Source: Vulcanimicrobiota bacterium (GTDB lineage Bacteria; Vulcanimicrobiota; Vulcanimicrobiia; Vulcanimicrobiales; Vulcanimicrobiaceae). From it: a stretch of 64,000 nt of DNA. Position numbers and translations under genes: made by a program. The first letter of the stretch is position 1. Each line of letters begins with the position of its first letter. The notes beneath the pieces are model-generated. The model did not search any database and had not been told where the DNA came from. It was given only the letters and a program-made list of their open reading frames with translations. The stretch lies in contig CAVZQC010000004.1 in assembly GCA_963777315.1 (NCBI GenBank), positions 768,001-832,000 of the forward strand, given 5' to 3'. This document shows positions 1 through 9,706 of the stretch, in pieces.

Positions 1-850
1 GGTGTTCGTGGACATCCGGCCCGATACGATGAACGTCGACGAAACGCTCGTCGAGGCCGCCGTTACGCCCAGAACTCGCGCAATCGTGGCCGTCCACTAT
101 GCGGGCGTTGCCTGCGAAATGGACGCACTCGCGGACGTTTGCGCGCGACGCGGGCTGAGCCTGATTGAGGACGCCGCGCAGGCGCTGGGCGCGAGCTACC
201 ACGGTCGTCCACTGGGTTCGTTTGGGCGCCTGGCTGCGCTCAGCTTCCACGAGACCAAGAACGTGATATCGGGCGAGGGGGGCGCGCTGCTCGTGAACGA
301 TCCCGCATTGTCGCAGCGAGCGGAAGTCATCCGCGAGAAAGGCACGAACCGTTCCAACTTCCTGCGCGGTTCGGTCGACAAATACCGCTGGGTCGACGTC
401 GGGTCTTCCTATCTGCCCAGCGAAATCACCGCAGCGTTCTTGTGGGCGCAGCTCGAAGCCGCGGATGAATTGCTCGAGCGCCGGCTCTCCCTGTGGAACG
501 CATACGACCGCCGGATGTGCGCGCTCGAAGACGCCGGCAAACTGCGCCGTCCCACGATACCGCAGAGCGCCACGCACAACGCGCATCTGTATTACGTGCT
601 GGTGAACGACGCGCAAACGCGCACGCGCGTGCTCGAACGCCTCAAAGCCCAGGGCATCGGCGGGCTGTTTCACTACGTTCCGCTTCATTCCGCTCCGGCG
701 GGCCGGCGGTTTGGACGCGCGCACGGTTCGCTGGCTCAGACCGACGAACTGAGCGCGCGGCTCGTGCGGCTGCCGATGTATTACGGCATGGAACAGGCGC
801 ATATCGACGGCGTCTGCGCCGCGCTCGAATCTGCGCTCGGTGCAGCCTAA
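1..850 (+). CDS. rffA: dTDP-4-amino-4,6-dideoxygalactose transaminase (DegT/DnrJ family), 5'-truncated by window edge
   Basis: Motifs VHYAGVACEMD, IEDAAQ, SFHETKN (PLP lysine), EIIREKGTNRS-like, GSSYLPSE and FHYVPLHS typical of WecE/RffA. Confidence 0.9.
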   Translation, partial: VFVDIRPDTMNVDETLVEAAVTPRTRAIVAVHYAGVACEMDALADVCARRGLSLIEDAAQALGASYHGRPLGSFGRLAALSFHETKNVISGEGGALLVNDPALSQRAEVIREKGTNRSNFLRGSVDKYRWVDVGSSYLPSEITAAFLWAQLEAADELLERRLSLWNAYDRRMCALEDAGKLRRPTIPQSATHNAHLYYVLVNDAQTRTRVLERLKAQGIGGLFHYVPLHSAPAGRRFGRAHGSLAQTDELSARLVRLPMYYGMEQAHIDGVCAALESALGAA

Positions 851-1362
851 TCCGCCAAGCGCGCCAATCGCCACACCGGTGCGAACGCGCCGTTCCAAAA
901 CGCTTCTTCCTCCAGCGTAGCCTCCAGGGTAAAGCCGGCGCGCTCGAAAGCAGCGCGCGAACGCGCGTTTCGCTCGTGAACGTATGCGTAAATTTTATGC
1001 AAACCCAACGTGCCGAATCCGTACGCGCACAGGGTCCGCAGTGCACCGGTTCCGTACCCTTGCCCGGCCGCGGCCGGTGCAACGACGATGCGCGCCTCGG
1101 CGCGCCGGTGTCTCTGGCTGATGTCCCAAAGCCACACGATGCCGACGTGTTCGCGGCCGTCGAGGGCTTCGATGGCAAACCAGACCGCGCCGGGATTCTT
1201 CGTTACGTTTTCGTCAATGTACCGGTCGTGCTGTTCGGCCGTCACCGGAAGCGCGCGGTCCAGTCCGTTCATGACGGCGGGATCGTTGATCCATTCCAGC
1301 CAGCGAGCGCGATCCGCAGGCTGCAGCGGCCGAAGCCGCAGCCGTTCCCCCGCTTCGAACAT
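847..1362 (-). CDS. GNAT (RimJ/RimL, PseH-like) N-acetyltransferase
   Basis: C-terminal part of ORF 847..2319 from MFEAGERLRLRPL; GQGYGT acetyl-CoA motif, LGLHKIYAYV..NARS..AFERAGF; alternative start at 1413. Confidence 0.85.
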   Translation of the reverse strand: MFEAGERLRLRPLQPADRARWLEWINDPAVMNGLDRALPVTAEQHDRYIDENVTKNPGAVWFAIEALDGREHVGIVWLWDISQRHRRAEARIVVAPAAAGQGYGTGALRTLCAYGFGTLGLHKIYAYVHERNARSRAAFERAGFTLEATLEEEAFWNGAFAPVWRLARLAD

Positions 1363-1446
1363 GCCGCCGCGTTTCGACGGCCCGCGCGGGCGCTCATGCC
1401 CCCGATTTGCCATGCCGATGAACTGTAGGAGCCTTAGGAGATTGCC

Positions 1447-2271
1447 ATGATCACGACCAAAACGCTGCAGGCGAATATCGCGGTCCACACGACGATGGCG
1501 GATCGCTACGAAACCGACGAACCGCATTTCCGCCCCGAGAACCAGCACAAGGTCCGGCGCGTCCTGCAGACGCTCGCAGCGCGAGCCGGCGGCGGACGGC
1601 TGCTGGACGTGGGATGCGGTACGGGCTTCATCATCAATCTCGCGCACGATCTGTTCGATTCCGTCGACGGCATCGACATCACGCCCGCCATGCTGTCCAA
1701 AGTCGACGTAGGGCCGGGGAACATCGAGCTGCACACGGGCGCGGCCGAGTCGCTGCCGTTCGCAGACGGCACGTTCGACATGGCAAGCTCTTACGCGTTC
1801 ATGCACCACGTCGAAGATCACAAGCGAGTCTTGGCCGAGGTAGCGCGCGTCTTGCGCCCGGGCGGCTTGTTCTACGTCGACCTCGAGCCCAACAAACTCT
1901 TTTGGCAGTCGATGGTCGGGCTGGAGCGCGAAGGCGGCGCGTACTCCGATATCCTCACGCGCGAAATAGACTCCGTACTGCATACCGACGAATCGGTCGA
2001 AAGCGAGTTCGGAATCGCGGGGCAGACGTTCAAAGACGCGGAGCCGATAAAATCGGTCCTGGGCGGTTTCGATCCGTACGAGTTCGAGCGCGACGCGCTC
2101 GCCGCCGGTTTTTCGTCGTGCGAAACGACGTTGGACTGGTTCGCCGGACAGGGCGCCGTTCTGCACGGCCAATCGGAAGAGGCAATGAACGCGGTGGACG
2201 CGTACTTGCGCCGCGTGCTGCCGCTGTCGGCGCACCTGTACAAATACATCCGGTTCGTATGCGTGCGATGA
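1447..2271 (+). CDS. Class I SAM-dependent methyltransferase
   Basis: LLDVGCGTG motif I, AESLPFADGTFD, RVLRPGG; AGGAG RBS upstream. Confidence 0.9.
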   Translation: MITTKTLQANIAVHTTMADRYETDEPHFRPENQHKVRRVLQTLAARAGGGRLLDVGCGTGFIINLAHDLFDSVDGIDITPAMLSKVDVGPGNIELHTGAAESLPFADGTFDMASSYAFMHHVEDHKRVLAEVARVLRPGGLFYVDLEPNKLFWQSMVGLEREGGAYSDILTREIDSVLHTDESVESEFGIAGQTFKDAEPIKSVLGGFDPYEFERDALAAGFSSCETTLDWFAGQGAVLHGQSEEAMNAVDAYLRRVLPLSAHLYKYIRFVCVR

Positions 2272-3053
2272 TTGCGCGCAGCGAATCGCCCGCTGCCGGC
2301 CTGAGCGAGATCGCCTCACGCGGCTACACCATCGTCAGCAGCGTGGTCGCGCAGAGCGAGGTGGGCGCGCTCAAAGACGCGTTGGCAACGGCGATCGCGC
2401 AGGATCTCGACGCTTGGAGCGGGCGCGACTACGTGAACGCTCACATGGTGATGAATCTGATGACGCGCGGCACGCCGTTCGCTGCGCTGCTGGAAAACGA
2501 CGCAATTCACGCGCTGCTCACCCCGCTGCTGGGCGATACGTGCATCCTGTACGCGTACACGTCTTCCAGCATGCCGCCCGGCGGCACGAACTATTCGCGC
2601 CGGATCCACGTGGATTGTCCGCGCGTCATCCCAGGCTACGTCACGAACGTCGGCGTGACGCTGGCACTGGACGACTTTACCGACCAGAACGGCGCGATGT
2701 GCCTGCTGCCGGGTTCCTTCACGCGGGAAGTCGAGCCCAGCGAAGACGAATTCGAGAGCCGCTGCGAGCGCGCGTATCCACGCGCGGGCGACGCCATCGT
2801 GTTCAACGCGCGCACGTGGCATCGCGGAGGGATAAACCGCACCGATCGCTACCGGCACGCCGTTACGATGAACGCATGCCGTTCCTACATGCGCCAGCAG
2901 TTCGATTATCCGCGCCTGGTCGGGCCCGACGTTACGAATTCGCTCGGCGATCTGGGGCGGCGGTTTTTGGGATTCAACGTTCGCATGCCGGCGACGCTCG
3001 ACGAATACTATCGGCCGCCCGAGCTGCGCCTCTATAGGACGAACCAGGGCTAG
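2268..3053 (+). CDS. Phytanoyl-CoA dioxygenase (PhyH) family Fe(II)/2-oxoglutarate oxygenase
   Basis: Starts MIARSES overlapping the upstream stop (ATGA); HVD iron motif, ALDDFTDQNGA..LPGS, GDAIVFNARTWHRGG. Confidence 0.85.
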   Translation: MIARSESPAAGLSEIASRGYTIVSSVVAQSEVGALKDALATAIAQDLDAWSGRDYVNAHMVMNLMTRGTPFAALLENDAIHALLTPLLGDTCILYAYTSSSMPPGGTNYSRRIHVDCPRVIPGYVTNVGVTLALDDFTDQNGAMCLLPGSFTREVEPSEDEFESRCERAYPRAGDAIVFNARTWHRGGINRTDRYRHAVTMNACRSYMRQQFDYPRLVGPDVTNSLGDLGRRFLGFNVRMPATLDEYYRPPELRLYRTNQG

Positions 3054-4804
3054 TGATCGCCGCAGACAGAGCATCGCCGATCGCGTGCTTCGGCACGGCG
3101 GCGACCACCGCATGGGCGCAGCGCCTTCCCGCTGACGTTTCCATGGTAGTGGCGGACCCCGGCGGTTTTGCCGGCGCCCTGGTGGATCTCATCGCGCGAG
3201 GCCTGGCCGGCACGTCGCGCGACGCGGCGATTCTGCCCGCCAATCCGCGAGCGCTCGTACTCGAGTCGGTGTTCGAGTCACTGCTCGGACAAGCGCAATC
3301 TCACGATGCCGTTTTCCGGGCCATGGATGCTTTGGCGATGGGCAAGCTCACGATAAACGGCGAAACGCAAGCTCAGCTCGAATACCGTTTTCTCGCGCCG
3401 GAGGCGGCTGCAACCTTCGCAGACCTCGCAATAACCGCCGACCGCACATTTTTTCGTTCGTTTCACGAATTGGAACGAGCGGTTGCGCAGTACGGATACC
3501 GTCCCCCGCGAGCGCGCATCGTAACGCCGGTCGATCCGCGCGTGCCGCTGCCCCGCACCGGCGCCGGCGACGCCGATACGCGACGCGACTGCATTGCGGT
3601 GTGGGCCGTCGGCAGCACGCCGGCGATGCTGGGCGCCTTCGAAGCTGCGTGCTTCGATCTGCGTACGCAGCTCACCGTCATCGGCGACACGCCGCGACAT
3701 TGTGCGGCGGTGCATCCGGAAGGCTCCCACGCGGTTCTCGAATCGGCCAGCGCGATCGTCGCGCTCGCCGACGATCCGGGCACGGTTTACGCCCTCTCGA
3801 AGTTTGCCAAACCGCTGTGCGCGCCGGTGTGCGGCGCTGCCGAAATCATCGAAAACCTGTACGAATTTGCGCCGTGGAATCGAGTCGAAACCGTCAACGC
3901 GATCCTGCAGGCGCTCAGGGGCTTGGCCTCCGCGCCGCTGCCGGCTCACGGCCGGCTGAGGTTCCCCACTGCGCCGGCGATCGAAGTCGCTTCCAGCGCG
4001 CCGCTGGTCACGATCGTCATGCCGACCTATTCGCGTCCCGCGACGCTGGCTGCGGGATTGCAGCGTCTGGCGCAGCAGACGTATCCGAACATCGAGATCG
4101 TCGTGGTGAACAATGCCGGCACGCCCGTCGGCGACGTCGTTGCGAACGTCCCCAATGCGCGCCTCATCGATCGCGCGGAAAACACCGGCAATGCCACGCG
4201 CCCTCGCAACGACGGCATCGCATCGGCTCGCGGGAAGTACATCGCGCTGCTCGACGACGACGACGTATTCTTTCCCCAGCACGTCGAGCGCATGGTGCAC
4301 GCCCTCGAAGCGTCGCGCCGCGATGCGGCCTATTCGGATTTTCTGGTGCGCTTCGTCGATCGCGCCGGCGACGGCGGCGAGCGCGTTTGGGGATGGGACC
4401 TGCAAAAGCCCTTCGGCATAACGTCGTACGAACTGCTCGTGGCCAATCGTCTGGGATACCTGACGGTCTTTATGCGGCGCTCGCTCATCGAACGCATCGG
4501 CCACTTCGCCGAGGAAGTGCTGGGCGGCGAAGAGGTCGAGTACTGGCTGCGCATTGCGGCGCACGTCGATTTCGTTCACGTCGCCCAGCCGACCACCGCT
4601 TACACGGTCGTGCGCGACTGGCGCGGACAGCTCAGCGAGAAAAGCCACGCGCTGTATGCAGGCGGGTACGAAAAGGTATACGAGCGCTATCCGGCGGCCG
4701 GTTTGCCGTTGGTGCAGCAATCGCGCGCTGCATACGTGGCTTCCCTTCGCAGCACCGTTGCGCCGCCTGCGATGGAGCCGCGGTATAGGATCGCCGCAGG
4801 ATGA
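3053..4804 (+). CDS. Glycosyltransferase family 2 with long uncharacterised N-terminal region
   Basis: VTIVMPTYSR, QQTYPNIEIVVVNN, RNDGIASARGKYIALLDDDD. Confidence 0.85.
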   Translation: MIAADRASPIACFGTAATTAWAQRLPADVSMVVADPGGFAGALVDLIARGLAGTSRDAAILPANPRALVLESVFESLLGQAQSHDAVFRAMDALAMGKLTINGETQAQLEYRFLAPEAAATFADLAITADRTFFRSFHELERAVAQYGYRPPRARIVTPVDPRVPLPRTGAGDADTRRDCIAVWAVGSTPAMLGAFEAACFDLRTQLTVIGDTPRHCAAVHPEGSHAVLESASAIVALADDPGTVYALSKFAKPLCAPVCGAAEIIENLYEFAPWNRVETVNAILQALRGLASAPLPAHGRLRFPTAPAIEVASSAPLVTIVMPTYSRPATLAAGLQRLAQQTYPNIEIVVVNNAGTPVGDVVANVPNARLIDRAENTGNATRPRNDGIASARGKYIALLDDDDVFFPQHVERMVHALEASRRDAAYSDFLVRFVDRAGDGGERVWGWDLQKPFGITSYELLVANRLGYLTVFMRRSLIERIGHFAEEVLGGEEVEYWLRIAAHVDFVHVAQPTTAYTVVRDWRGQLSEKSHALYAGGYEKVYERYPAAGLPLVQQSRAAYVASLRSTVAPPAMEPRYRIAAG

Positions 4805-6549
4805 CGCTGCTTTTGCACTGGAACGAGCGCGAATATGCCGAGGAGACCGCTTCGATCCGGTCTTTGCCGCAAGCCCAGTCCACGCTTGTCGTCGCGACGG
4901 ATTTTTCGCAGCCCTCGCTGACCGTTTCGGCGATCGTCGAAGCTCGCCGGCGCGGAGCAACCGTCGCGCTCTATCCGATAATGGCGGATCCGCTGCAGGG
5001 CGTGCTCGAGCAGGTCGGCGCTGCTATAGCGCGGCAGCCCGACGAAGGTCAGCGCTTCATTCAGCTCCTGGCGCTGCGCGACGGGCGACTGAACGTCAAT
5101 CAGAAACCGCTGCACGAAGCCGCGCAGTTTGCACCCGACGTGCTCGCCGCGGCGGTTTTATGCGTGAAGTTGTGCGACGTGCTGCTCTGCTTTACCGCCG
5201 CAGAGAAAGATCGCTGGAGCGCGCTGATCGGACGCCCCGTTCGCAGGTTTGCGTATTTGCCGGCGCCGCGGCTGCACCGCGCACCGGACCGGGGCGGTCT
5301 TGCCGTGTACGCTCCCGGAATGGCCGACGCGCAACTCGCGCTGATCGCGCTTGCGCTGCAGGAACGTCGCCTCAGCGCCGAGTTCGTCAACCAACCGCAG
5401 GCGCAGATCCCGGGTAGTGCGGTGATCGTGCCGCAGTGGTGGCGGCCCGGCCGGATTCTTTCGCTTGCCGCTGCCGGTTATGCCGTCATTTCGCCCGCGC
5501 TTGGAGCAGCCGATGCTCGCTGCGGATGCGCCACATATCGTCCGGAAGACGTCTTTTCGTTCGGAGCCGCCGTGGACGCGGCCCAATCGACCGCGGTCGG
5601 ATTGCGCTTCGACGTCGACGCACGCTCGTGTGCCGGCGATATCGAGGCCGCCGCAGTACCGGACGTGCGAGGGCCGCGCGTTTCCGTCATCGTGCGCACC
5701 TACGACCGGCCGGCACTGCTGGCGCGGGCGCTGGCCAGCATAGCAGCACAAACGTATCACGACATCGAGATAGTCGTCGTCAACAACGGCGGCCCCGGCG
5801 TCGAAGCAATCGTGCGCAAGAGCTGCGGCGCGCGCGCGTACCGCTACGTTACTCTGGCCGTGCGCGCGCACATCAGCGCAGCCTCCAACGCCGGCGCGCG
5901 TGAGGCTAGCGGAACGTACGTGGGCTACCTGGACGACGACGACGTATTGTACCCCGACCATTTTGCGCGCGCCGTCGAAGCGCTCGAGCATTCCCGCGCA
6001 GATCTGGCTTACACCAACTGCATCGCCGAGTATGCGCGCGTCGAGGGCGAATCCAAACACATCTTAGGGTTTCAGATATTCCGCGACAACGAATTCTGCG
6101 CCAAAGACCTGTACTTGGACAACGTGGCTCCAATCCACAGCATCGTTCACCGGCGCGACGTCTTCGAGCGGTTCGGGTACTTCGACGAGTCGCTCCCGGT
6201 GACCGACGACTGGGAAATGTGGCTGCGCGCCTCGCGCGGTTCGCGGTTTTTACACGTCGATCGCGTGACCTGCGAATATTCCTGGCGCTTCGATCCGGCG
6301 CGGGGAAACATGACGCTGACGCACCAGCGTCAATTCGCCGAATCGTACGAAGCAATTACTTCGCGGTACGGCTGCGACGTTGCCGCCATTCCGAGCATTG
6401 CAGCGCAGCAGCTGCAGGTCAAAGCGGCGCAAAAGCAGCGCGCCGACCAGCTCGCGCAGCTCGGACCGCGCATGGCCGAGCTGACCGTCAGCGCGATGGC
6501 GCAAAACGCGGTTGCGGCGCAGCCCGTGCCGTTCGATCCTTTTGCATGA
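4801..6549 (+). CDS. Glycosyltransferase family 2 with long uncharacterised N-terminal region
   Basis: VSVIVRTYDRP, QTYHDIEIVVVNNGG, YVGYLDDDD, FDESLPVTDDWEMWLR. Confidence 0.85.
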   Translation: MTLLLHWNEREYAEETASIRSLPQAQSTLVVATDFSQPSLTVSAIVEARRRGATVALYPIMADPLQGVLEQVGAAIARQPDEGQRFIQLLALRDGRLNVNQKPLHEAAQFAPDVLAAAVLCVKLCDVLLCFTAAEKDRWSALIGRPVRRFAYLPAPRLHRAPDRGGLAVYAPGMADAQLALIALALQERRLSAEFVNQPQAQIPGSAVIVPQWWRPGRILSLAAAGYAVISPALGAADARCGCATYRPEDVFSFGAAVDAAQSTAVGLRFDVDARSCAGDIEAAAVPDVRGPRVSVIVRTYDRPALLARALASIAAQTYHDIEIVVVNNGGPGVEAIVRKSCGARAYRYVTLAVRAHISAASNAGAREASGTYVGYLDDDDVLYPDHFARAVEALEHSRADLAYTNCIAEYARVEGESKHILGFQIFRDNEFCAKDLYLDNVAPIHSIVHRRDVFERFGYFDESLPVTDDWEMWLRASRGSRFLHVDRVTCEYSWRFDPARGNMTLTHQRQFAESYEAITSRYGCDVAAIPSIAAQQLQVKAAQKQRADQLAQLGPRMAELTVSAMAQNAVAAQPVPFDPFA

Positions 6550-6579
6550 CTTTTCGGCTGCGCTGCAAAATTCGCCGGA

Positions 6580-7506
6580 ATGTCGAAGTATTACCGGTAC
6601 TTCGCCCTTGAACGGGATCCGTTCTTAGACACGGCCGACCCGTATTTTTACTGCGAACTCGGCTCGCTGCGAGCGGCGAAGGCCCGGCTGGCAGGCTGCG
6701 TGCAGGAATCGCGCGGACTGACGATCGTTTTGGGCGAACCCGGAACCGGCAAAACCAGTCTTTGCACTGCGCTGGAACAGGATCTGCTCGCGGACGATCG
6801 CGTCGTACTGGGCAAAATCCTGGATCCCACGTTTGCAACCGAAGTCGAATTTCTCATGGCGATCGGCCGGGTATTCGGTTTGGCGCTCCCGCCGCGATCC
6901 GGCGCGGCGCTCAAGAACGCGCTCAAAAATTTCTTCTTCGAGACGGCGGTGCTGGAGGAGCGCATCCTCGTGCTCATCATCGATGAAGCGCAAAACCTCA
7001 CCGACGAAGGCTTGGAAACGCTGCGCCTGCTGCTCAACTATCAAGTACCGCAAAAGAAACTACTCAATATCCTGCTGTTCGGTCAGAGCGAGCTGGAACG
7101 CCGCGTGCATGCGCGCAACAACCTGGCCGACCGCGTCGACACGTGGATTCGCCTGCAGCCGCTGGACGAAGCTACGGCAGGCGCGGTTCTGGATTTTCGG
7201 CTCGGCCGCGCCGGTTTGAATCCGGACCAGCAGATCTTCACGCCCGAGGCGCGCTCGCTGCTGGTACGCGCCTGCAGCGGGCTTCCAAGGCGCCTGACCG
7301 TGCTCGGACACCTTTCCATGAACGAAGCCGCCGATCGCGCCAGCACGTTGGTGCGCGACGATCACGTTCGCGCAGCGCTGGCCGCGCGAGGCATTTCGGA
7401 ACCCGCGCCGGTTGCGGCGCAGGCGGGCCCCGAACCCGTCAACGGACACCGTCCGAACGTCTTGCGCCGCATCTTTTCGCGGCGCAAACCCGCGCAGCTG
7501 CCGTGA
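6580..7506 (+). CDS. ExeA/GspA-family AAA+ ATPase
   Basis: YYRYFALERDPF N-terminus, Walker A GEPGTGKT, Walker B LIIDEAQ, GLPRRL. Confidence 0.85.
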   Translation: MSKYYRYFALERDPFLDTADPYFYCELGSLRAAKARLAGCVQESRGLTIVLGEPGTGKTSLCTALEQDLLADDRVVLGKILDPTFATEVEFLMAIGRVFGLALPPRSGAALKNALKNFFFETAVLEERILVLIIDEAQNLTDEGLETLRLLLNYQVPQKKLLNILLFGQSELERRVHARNNLADRVDTWIRLQPLDEATAGAVLDFRLGRAGLNPDQQIFTPEARSLLVRACSGLPRRLTVLGHLSMNEAADRASTLVRDDHVRAALAARGISEPAPVAAQAGPEPVNGHRPNVLRRIFSRRKPAQLP

Positions 7507-8884
7507 AGCGCGATCCCGATTTCGATGCGAGCGCCGATATGCGCCTGGTGGAACTGCATCGAGCCGCCCTCGGCGTCCCCGCGCCCAAACGCTCGGCATG
7601 GGAATCCCACAACGCCTTTGAAGGGGCCGCTATTCAACCCGTAGAGCCACCGCATCTGGAGAGCGCCGTCATCGTCGTGGAGGCCACGGCGACGCCCAAG
7701 GACGGCGTTATTCCGGGTGCCGTCGTCACCGTTGCGCTCAGTTTGGCCAACGAAGGCGTCGCCGAAGGACGCGATGTCCGCGTCATCGTGCCACTTCCCG
7801 GCGGAGCCGCGTACCGCAACGGCTCATTCGTTCGCGACGGTCGTCCCCAATTGGACGATGCGGCCGACGAGCTCTTCGAAAGCGGCAGCACGATCGCGTC
7901 GTTGCCGGCCAAATCACGCACGACGTTCGTATGGAAGATCGGCGTTCGTCTGGGCGCCAAGCCGCTGGTAATCGCTCCGGCGGTTAGCGCTCGAGATACG
8001 GCGATCGTCGGCGCGCAACCACTGATCGTCTCGCGCAAACCGGGCGCGCAAGCGGGCTTTGCCGCGCAAGTGCAGCAGAACGATCTGCCCATCTACGAGC
8101 TGGACGAGGAGGAAACGCTAGAGCACGTCGCCGCGCAGGCGGCGCTTTCGGCGGTTGCCGCGCCCGTTGAAGAGGCGCCGCAGGCCGAATCGCCGCTCGA
8201 AATATCCGCCCCCGCGCCCATTGCCGAACGCGAGGCCGTCGTCCTGTACGGACGGTTGGATCGGCCCTCGGTCGCCTATTTCGAGCAGGTGTTTCGTGAA
8301 TCCAAAAATCCCACGCTGCTCAATCATTGTATTTTGGCAGGCGCGCTTGCGTGTACTCGAGACGCCGCCGGCGCCGACGTTGCAGGGCTGGCGTCGCACA
8401 TGGAGGCGCAGGCGCAGACTCCTTCAACGCATCGTGCTGCACGAAAAAATCGGAAAGAAAGAGCCCATCGCCGACTATGCCGGCAGAATGCTCGCGCGGG
8501 TCGATCAATTTGTCCCCGCCCCCGTTGCGCAGCTGTCGGCCCGCGGACGATCCTAACGTGCTGGTGCTGCAGGCCGAGCTGGAACCGCCGACGCTGTCGC
8601 TGCTGCGGCAAATGCAAGAAGACGCCGCACGCTGGGATTTCGCCAAAGCGCGTCAGCTCACGCTGGCTCTGCAAGGACGCCGCGTCGGCGCCGGCGTATC
8701 GGCGGATCGCGTTGCGGCCGCCGACGCGGCTTTACGCGTCTATTCGCAGGCCGCGTCCACGCAGCTGCAGCGTTTCTTCGTTCGCATGCGCATCGATCGA
8801 ACGACCGGTTTGCTTTTCGTGCGGGACGAAACGCTCGATTCGGCCGCGCGGGTCCTCGTCAACGCGCTGGTCGAGCTCTTTTAA
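7503..8884 (+). CDS. Hypothetical protein with N-terminal DUF11/Ig-like beta domain; two apparent +1 frameshifts (~8418, ~8541)
   Basis: GTG overlaps the ATPase stop; PGAVVTVALSLANEG..GRDVRVIVPLPGGAAYRNGS; coherent protein continues across ORFs 7143, 8155 and 8327; span is 3n+2. Confidence 0.6.
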
Positions 8885-9270
8885 GTCAGACGGTCCAGCG
8901 ACGCAAGCCGCGACGTAGCGCGCGGGCGCGCGAAGGAGCGTAAAGCCGATTTCCAGCGAGTCACGGTCTGCAGCCGCTGCCCGACGGCATCCCGGTATTG
9001 CGCCAGGCGCGCCATTTGATTGTCGCGGATGGCCCCAACGTAGCGCAGGCGGGCGAATACGTCCCGATCGAACTGCTCGCTGCGAACGCCGCGCGCATCG
9101 TCCATGGCATTGGCCAGCGCGTGCGTCACGCGCCGCGAATCGTCCATCGTGCGCTGCAAATCGCTCCATCGCCGAGTCATGAGGGCGCGCTCGGCTTGGC
9201 CGCACAGCGCTTCCAATTGAGCGAGTTCTTCTTCGACGGCGTCGAGGCGCGGGTCACCCGACCGCAGCAA
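8881..9270 (-). CDS. FliT-like flagellar chaperone (putative)
   Basis: Helical ~129 aa ORF directly downstream of fliD-fliS; assignment by position only. Confidence 0.5.
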   Translation of the reverse strand: MLRSGDPRLDAVEEELAQLEALCGQAERALMTRRWSDLQRTMDDSRRVTHALANAMDDARGVRSEQFDRDVFARLRYVGAIRDNQMARLAQYRDAVGQRLQTVTRWKSALRSFARPRATSRLASLDRLT

Positions 9271-9694
9271 AGCCTTCTCCCACCGCCGCCGGCGCGGCCG
9301 GCTTGCGCTGCATGCCTTTGAATTCCGAAATCGCCTGCGCCCACATCGCGCGGTACTCCTCGAACGAGGGAAGGATCCGTTCCACGCGAGCCGCGTCTTT
9401 TTGCATATTCGCCATCACCAGTTCGTGATGCCAGAACTCGTAAACCCGGAACAGATTGCGTGCCACCTCGCCGCCGATCTCCATGTCGAGCGAACCCATC
9501 AGCAGCGCGAGCGCCCGCTGCGCGCGCAGCAGCGACTTGTGGATGCCCTCGATGTCGCGCCGGTCCGCGCGAAGCTTCTCCAGACCCTGCGTCGCGCTTA
9601 AGACCAGCACGTCGAAAATTTTGACGATCAGGTCTTCTTTCGACGCAGTCGCGATCGACGTTTCGAGATACTGCCGTTCAACCGAACGCTTCAT
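9254..9694 (-). CDS. fliS: Flagellar export chaperone FliS
   Basis: YLETSIATASKEDLIVKIFD, LMGSLDMEIGGEVARNLFRVYEF. Confidence 0.92.
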   Translation of the reverse strand: MKRSVERQYLETSIATASKEDLIVKIFDVLVLSATQGLEKLRADRRDIEGIHKSLLRAQRALALLMGSLDMEIGGEVARNLFRVYEFWHHELVMANMQKDAARVERILPSFEEYRAMWAQAISEFKGMQRKPAAPAAVGEGFAAVG

Positions 9695-9706
9695 GCAGGC
9701 CGGATG

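Noticed and set aside
847..2319. 490-aa GNAT as a single large protein
   Set aside because: The N-terminal part is antisense to the methyltransferase; only 847-1362 is GNAT-like
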